Shown: one piece after another, positions 35,145 to 37,178 of the stretch | Position numbering within the stretch: the first letter of the stretch is position 1 | Layout of the letters: the number at the start of each line of letters is the position of its first letter | Virus record (IMG/VR): IMGVR_UViG_3300043391_000059 | Coordinates: 1-37,178 of that record | Length of the DNA stretch: 37,178 bases | From: a virus | Lineage: Duplodnaviria; Caudoviricetes | Strand: one strand, 5' to 3' | Program-made: the position numbers and the translations under genes | Notes under the pieces: model-generated | Told to the model about the DNA's origin: nothing | What the model saw: only the letters and a program-made list of their open reading frames with translations | The model's database searches: none

Positions 35145-36103
35145 AATTCTTTTGCTGCAGTTTTATGTTCCTCTGCTATAGACCAGTAAAATGGATGCTC
35201 CATGTTCAAAGAAATATCTTGTGTCCAGGTATGCTTGCCGTCGTGTCTTGCCATTAATCGTTCGCGTCTTATTGCAATCAATCTCATCTTATCTTCAAAG
35301 ACTTCTCTATAATGAGGTCTCATTTGTTCGCAGTTATCTTCATTAAATATTTTGTAACCATCTTCTTGAACGATAACTAAGTTCATTCTTTTGCCAGTTG
35401 CTATATGGTAAAACCAACATTGTAATAAATGTTCTTGAGTAGCTGTTTCGCTTATTTTGTAGATTGAATGAGAGTAAGAACCATCTTCTCTTGGCTTTCC
35501 TGTTCTTCTTCTCCATTTGGTTTTTAATTCTATAAAAGCATCTTTAGATTCAAAATCTATTCTGCCAATCGTTGGAAGTTCGCAGCCTTTTAAAATAGTA
35601 TGAACTGTACGCTCACAAGAAATCTCTCCTTTAAGATTAACTTCTTTAAATGCTTTAACTAAGTTTTCAAAAGTTTGAGCAAATCCTTTTTTATTCCAAT
35701 CAAACTGCTGAGCATCTTTTTCATTCGTTGGTTTATAGTCTGTTGAATATTTAACGAACTCAGATTGTAAATGTTTTTTAATATATAATTTATCGTTCTT
35801 GCTTTCCTGAATAGTATTTTTATTTTGCGCATCATAAATATGATCTGCAAAAACATTTTGCGCTACGTTACCAATAGCAACTCCAGCCATCATCTTGCTG
35901 TTTATTTCAAATTCTCTTCTTTGTTTTTGTGTTAAAAATAAATATTCAAAACTCCAGCGATCATCTGGTTTATTAAATTGTGAAGGGGAATGATGATTAA
36001 AATTATAAGCGTAAACCCATGAAGGAACTTTTTTAATAGAGTTTAAAATATCATCTATTAAATTTAACTCTTGAGAATTTTTTAAATTCTTTTCTTGCTG
36101 CAT
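35126..36103 (-). CDS. PD-(D/E)XK exonuclease (RecB/Cas4-like)
   Basis: HHSPSQ; M.AG.A; E...GRIDF...IELKTK; H..Q..FY. Confidence 0.85.
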   Translation of the reverse strand: MQQEKNLKNSQELNLIDDILNSIKKVPSWVYAYNFNHHSPSQFNKPDDRWSFEYLFLTQKQRREFEINSKMMAGVAIGNVAQNVFADHIYDAQNKNTIQESKNDKLYIKKHLQSEFVKYSTDYKPTNEKDAQQFDWNKKGFAQTFENLVKAFKEVNLKGEISCERTVHTILKGCELPTIGRIDFESKDAFIELKTKWRRRTGKPREDGSYSHSIYKISETATQEHLLQCWFYHIATGKRMNLVIVQEDGYKIFNEDNCEQMRPHYREVFEDKMRLIAIRRERLMARHDGKHTWTQDISLNMEHPFYWSIAEEHKTAAKELWLKNL

Positions 36104-36151
36104 AGCACTAAAAACAAATCACTAATGTTTATAGTACAAATCAGTAACGAA

Positions 36152-36171
36152 AGTTGACAATTACGTCAACT
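36152..36171. promoter_or_regulatory. Operator-like palindrome upstream of the leftward early operon
   Basis: AGTTGAC-aattac-GTCAACT. Confidence 0.7.
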
Positions 36172-36174
36172 ATA

Positions 36175-36876
36175 TTATTTGTGATTTAAATAGGTTCCAT
36201 CAAACATACAACTAATAGGTTCGCAGTATGTCATATCTTTTACATTTAATTTAATATTATCAAATTGTGGAAATGATTTTAAAACCCATGGCTGTAATAT
36301 TTTAAAGTCTCCATTTGGATATACAAAAGGAATACCTAAAATTTTTATTTTAATTTTTTTATTGTTAATTGTCATTTTACAAATTTTATTAAATCCCATT
36401 GAACTAACTCTAGGAATTGAAACCTCATGAGGCGTATTGTGTTTACCATCCCAAATTAATATAAAATTATGAAAAGCAATAGAAGGGTCATTTACTTGTA
36501 TGGTCTTAATATCTTTTCTCCAAAATTCTCGTGGTATATAAACTTGTCTTTTTTCTTTTCTTATATCATTCAAAACAAAGTTTTTATCTGTTGTATAAAA
36601 AACTATAGATTTTCTTTTTTCATATAATAAATCTAAAGCATCAATTCCTAAATAGTCAGAAACTTTTTCAGCATCATCTACTGATATTTCTCTAATATTA
36701 TTTACCCATCTGTTAACAGTAACTTTATCTTTATCAATACCGCGAGCAAGTTCAGCCTGGCTGATACCTTCTTTTTCTAAAAACTGTTTTAATATACCTT
36801 TAGCCATATCGTCATTTGTTATTACTTTTAAATCAACTACGTTAGTCGATTCGTCTATATCTTTTTTTATTATCAT
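36175..36876 (-). CDS. cI-like repressor (XRE HTH plus divergent C-terminal domain); start at 36876 or 36807 more likely than 36918
   Basis: GISQAELARGIDKDKVTVNRWVNNIREIS; divergent from the cro-like gene. Confidence 0.8.
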   Translation of the reverse strand: MIIKKDIDESTNVVDLKVITNDDMAKGILKQFLEKEGISQAELARGIDKDKVTVNRWVNNIREISVDDAEKVSDYLGIDALDLLYEKRKSIVFYTTDKNFVLNDIRKEKRQVYIPREFWRKDIKTIQVNDPSIAFHNFILIWDGKHNTPHEVSIPRVSSMGFNKICKMTINNKKIKIKILGIPFVYPNGDFKILQPWVLKSFPQFDNIKLNVKDMTYCEPISCMFDGTYLNHK

Positions 36877-36882
36877 AATTAT

Positions 36883-36911
36883 ATTAGATGCCAAATTGAC
36901 AACATTGTCAA
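36883..36911 (-). promoter_or_regulatory. Repressor promoter and operator
   Basis: Palindrome TTGAC-aacatt-GTCAA (36896-36911); minus strand TTGACA-17-TCTAAT-6-ATG(36876). Confidence 0.6.
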
Positions 36912-37052
36912 CTAACATAAACTTTTAAGAAATAATTGCTAATTAAAAGTAAGTACAAATTTTGTACTTAATCTATGCCAAATAGGCAACGAATTCCGCG
37001 TAAAATTAACATTAAGCACAACCAATTGACGTAGACAAATACTATTGATTTG

Positions 37053-37178
37053 TAGACGAATTTGTCTATTTAGGTTTTTATGAACCTTGAGAACTTCCGA
37101 AAAAAGCAAAAATTCACTTACAAAGGTTTAGCTAAATTTTTAGAGATTGAAGGAGTGTCAATAGCAACGACTGCTCTA
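37053..37178. repeat. Second copy of the terminal direct repeat
   Basis: Identical to 21-146; includes the start of the cro-like gene. Confidence 0.95.

Noticed and set aside
492-35856. Other short nested or antisense track ORFs (e.g. starting at 492, 2041, 6259, 8358, 9565, 10341, 14159, 16045, 18515, 19628, 23603, 26911, 27492, 28316, 28346, 30623, 31826, 31938, 35659)
   Set aside because: They overlap well-supported genes or elements in other frames or strands and show no motifs or RBS.
35126-36103. CRISPR-associated Cas4 or CRISPR array
   Set aside because: No repeat-spacer array and no Fe-S cysteine set; the context is an exonuclease-annealase-SSB module.

Overview
The window is a complete, circularly permuted genome of a low-GC temperate podovirus. 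The unit length is about 37,032 bp: bases 21-146 are repeated exactly at 37053-37178. Gene order on the + strand is cro-like HTH, replication initiator with iterons, late regulator, terS, a self-promoted cluster of small genes, terL, portal, scaffold, major capsid, T7/BPP-1-like tail tubes and ejection proteins, modular tail fibres and lysis genes. An attP matching the 3' end of a tRNA (probably tRNA-Asn) follows. The - strand arm carries a cI-like repressor, an exonuclease/annealase/SSB module, a stand-alone LexA-type HTH, a tyrosine integrase and an XRE regulator. No DNA or RNA polymerase is encoded. Architecture and composition resemble HTVC010P-type phages of SAR11/Pelagibacterales; this host is an inference. 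The most notable features are: (1) a 1163-aa ejection-module protein carrying a ParB-like domain and a zeta-toxin-type P-loop kinase; (2) a compact structured RNA before the capsid gene with two copies of the same AUAA/C internal loop; (3) a strongly expressed LPD29-containing cluster between terS and terL; (4) a plug-and-socket style tail-fibre locus; (5) a hidden PD-(D/E)XK nuclease gene that appears to start at CTG. All family assignments come from motif recognition by eye, not database searches.
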